DNA of 63,921 bases, filler included, from Octopus bimaculoides (Eukaryota): the NCBI RefSeq assembly GCF_001194135.2. It is 5 parts of 5 records of this genome, joined end to end, with 100 filler letters (N's around TTAATTAATTAA, not from the genome) between each part and the next. Parts side by side here need not be neighbours in the genome. Positions count along the whole stretch, not along the records: positions 62,718 to 63,921 come from NW_026434255.1; 4 more parts are not named here. One strand, written 5' to 3'. The notes below the pieces were generated by a model that was given only the letters and a program-made list of their open reading frames with translations, had not been told where the DNA came from and did not search any database. Shown here one piece after another: positions 62,718 through 63,921 of the stretch. Each line of letters opens with the position of its first letter. The stretch's first letter is position 1. A program made the position numbers and the translations under genes.

Positions 62718-63921
62718 TGAACCCGGAACCATGTGGTTCAGAAGCAAGCTTCTTACCACACAGCCACACCTGCACATATATTGTTATATTTCGGGACGGT
62801 CATTTTACTTTTCTTACCAAATACACACACGTGCTATATATTTGTTCTTCACTTGTTTATTATTATTCTTATTTTATGACCAGACAAAAGACATAAATCG
62901 ATCCATTGATCCGTCTATTTGTCTGCTTATCTGTCTGTCTGTCTATTCTGCACATCATAGCTAGAAGCAGACAGAGCGGAGTTGTGACTCCGAATACATT
63001 TCCCCGAAGTATTATTAAATAAAGTTGTTACGCGTTTCGTTAAACCCCAAGTGAACCTGGGATCATACAGATTTGAATGACCAAAAGCATTCCAGTCAAG
63101 ACCATTCCGTCAGATTTGATATATCCAGTACTAAATTATCAGAGCTTTCGTTGTTTTGTGGGATTTCCTCAAGCGACCCCTAGGAAGACTTCCTGTTTTA
63201 CGGGGAATTATTCATCGTTTAAAGTTCATGTTGTTACTGTATTTTTTGTGTGTTTTAAACGCCTTTTATATAAACCCCACATTATATTGTCCTGTAGTGG
63301 CCCCAGTATTTTGCGTGAACCCTTAGTGGTTAATTAAACATTATCACTACGTTTAACATCCTGCCGAGATCAATACTAAAACAAAAATATTTCTAGTAAT
63401 CGATACAAACATATATGCTGGCCCCTAATACCAATTTGGTGGCAAGATGGGCACTTCGAACCCCTATTTCAGTAATCGATAAAATAATTAATATAGTACA
63501 AATCCTTACCTTAACACAGCCAAAAGGTCTGTTCTTTATTGTAATCCGTAACTAAAAGAGAGCGACTGCTTCAGTGTAATAAATATATACACACCTGCGT
63601 AGAGGACAGAGTGGTTCCTGTTTGTATATACGTGTGTTTGGTGCGAAAGTGGGTGTTCATGGGTGTGTTTAAATACGTATGTGAGAGATCGTTTTAAAAA
63701 GTGTCTGTGAGTACATTGTGTACGCATGGGAAAAGATCACATTATAGATATATTACTGACGCATGAATATGCCCGAAGTTTTATCGGAGTGTGTGTAGAA
63801 GTGGAGGAGAGGTTATGTCGCGTGTGTGATTGTGTGTGTGTGTGACAGAGCGTGTGTATGCGTGTATGTGCGTGCATATGTGCATGTGCGTGCATATATT
63901 ATATATATATATATATATATA

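Noticed and set aside
63020-63075. Minus-strand CUGUAUGA...CCCAGG/CUUGGG hairpin...GAAACGCGUA as a hammerhead
   Set aside because: The core has an extra base, stem II is offset from GAAA, and stem I cannot form. At best it is a dead PLE end.

Overview
AT-rich, microsatellite-saturated animal DNA whose SINE and LINE families look like Octopus (inferred from recognising the repeats, not from a search). It is not one contiguous locus. Four identical 100-bp linkers (44 N + TTAATTAATTAA + 44 N) split it into five joined pieces: 1-26345, 26446-53072, 53173-56474, 56575-62617 and 62718-63921. The only host gene I can support is a minus-strand DH-BAR RhoGEF of the DNMBP/Tuba-ARHGEF37/38 family. It has eight phase-compatible GT-AG coding exons (999 nt, 333 aa) between 46277 and 28098, and its 3' part is missing. 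The rest is transposable-element debris and simple repeats: a Tigger/pogo fossil, a hAT MITE with an 8-bp TSD, several tRNA-derived SINE families, young and old RTE LINEs, CR1, HERO and R4/Dong fragments, a Gypsy gag remnant, a Neptune-type Penelope element and a 30-bp minisatellite. The most notable observation is a ~445-bp fold-back insertion (32295-32739) inside the Penelope RT, within a RhoGEF intron. Its left part contains a complete type I hammerhead ribozyme core in the host gene's sense orientation. Two more degenerate hammerhead-like motifs occur elsewhere, and a near-identical inverted RTE pair brackets two RhoGEF exons that together keep the frame. All alignments and counts were done by eye.
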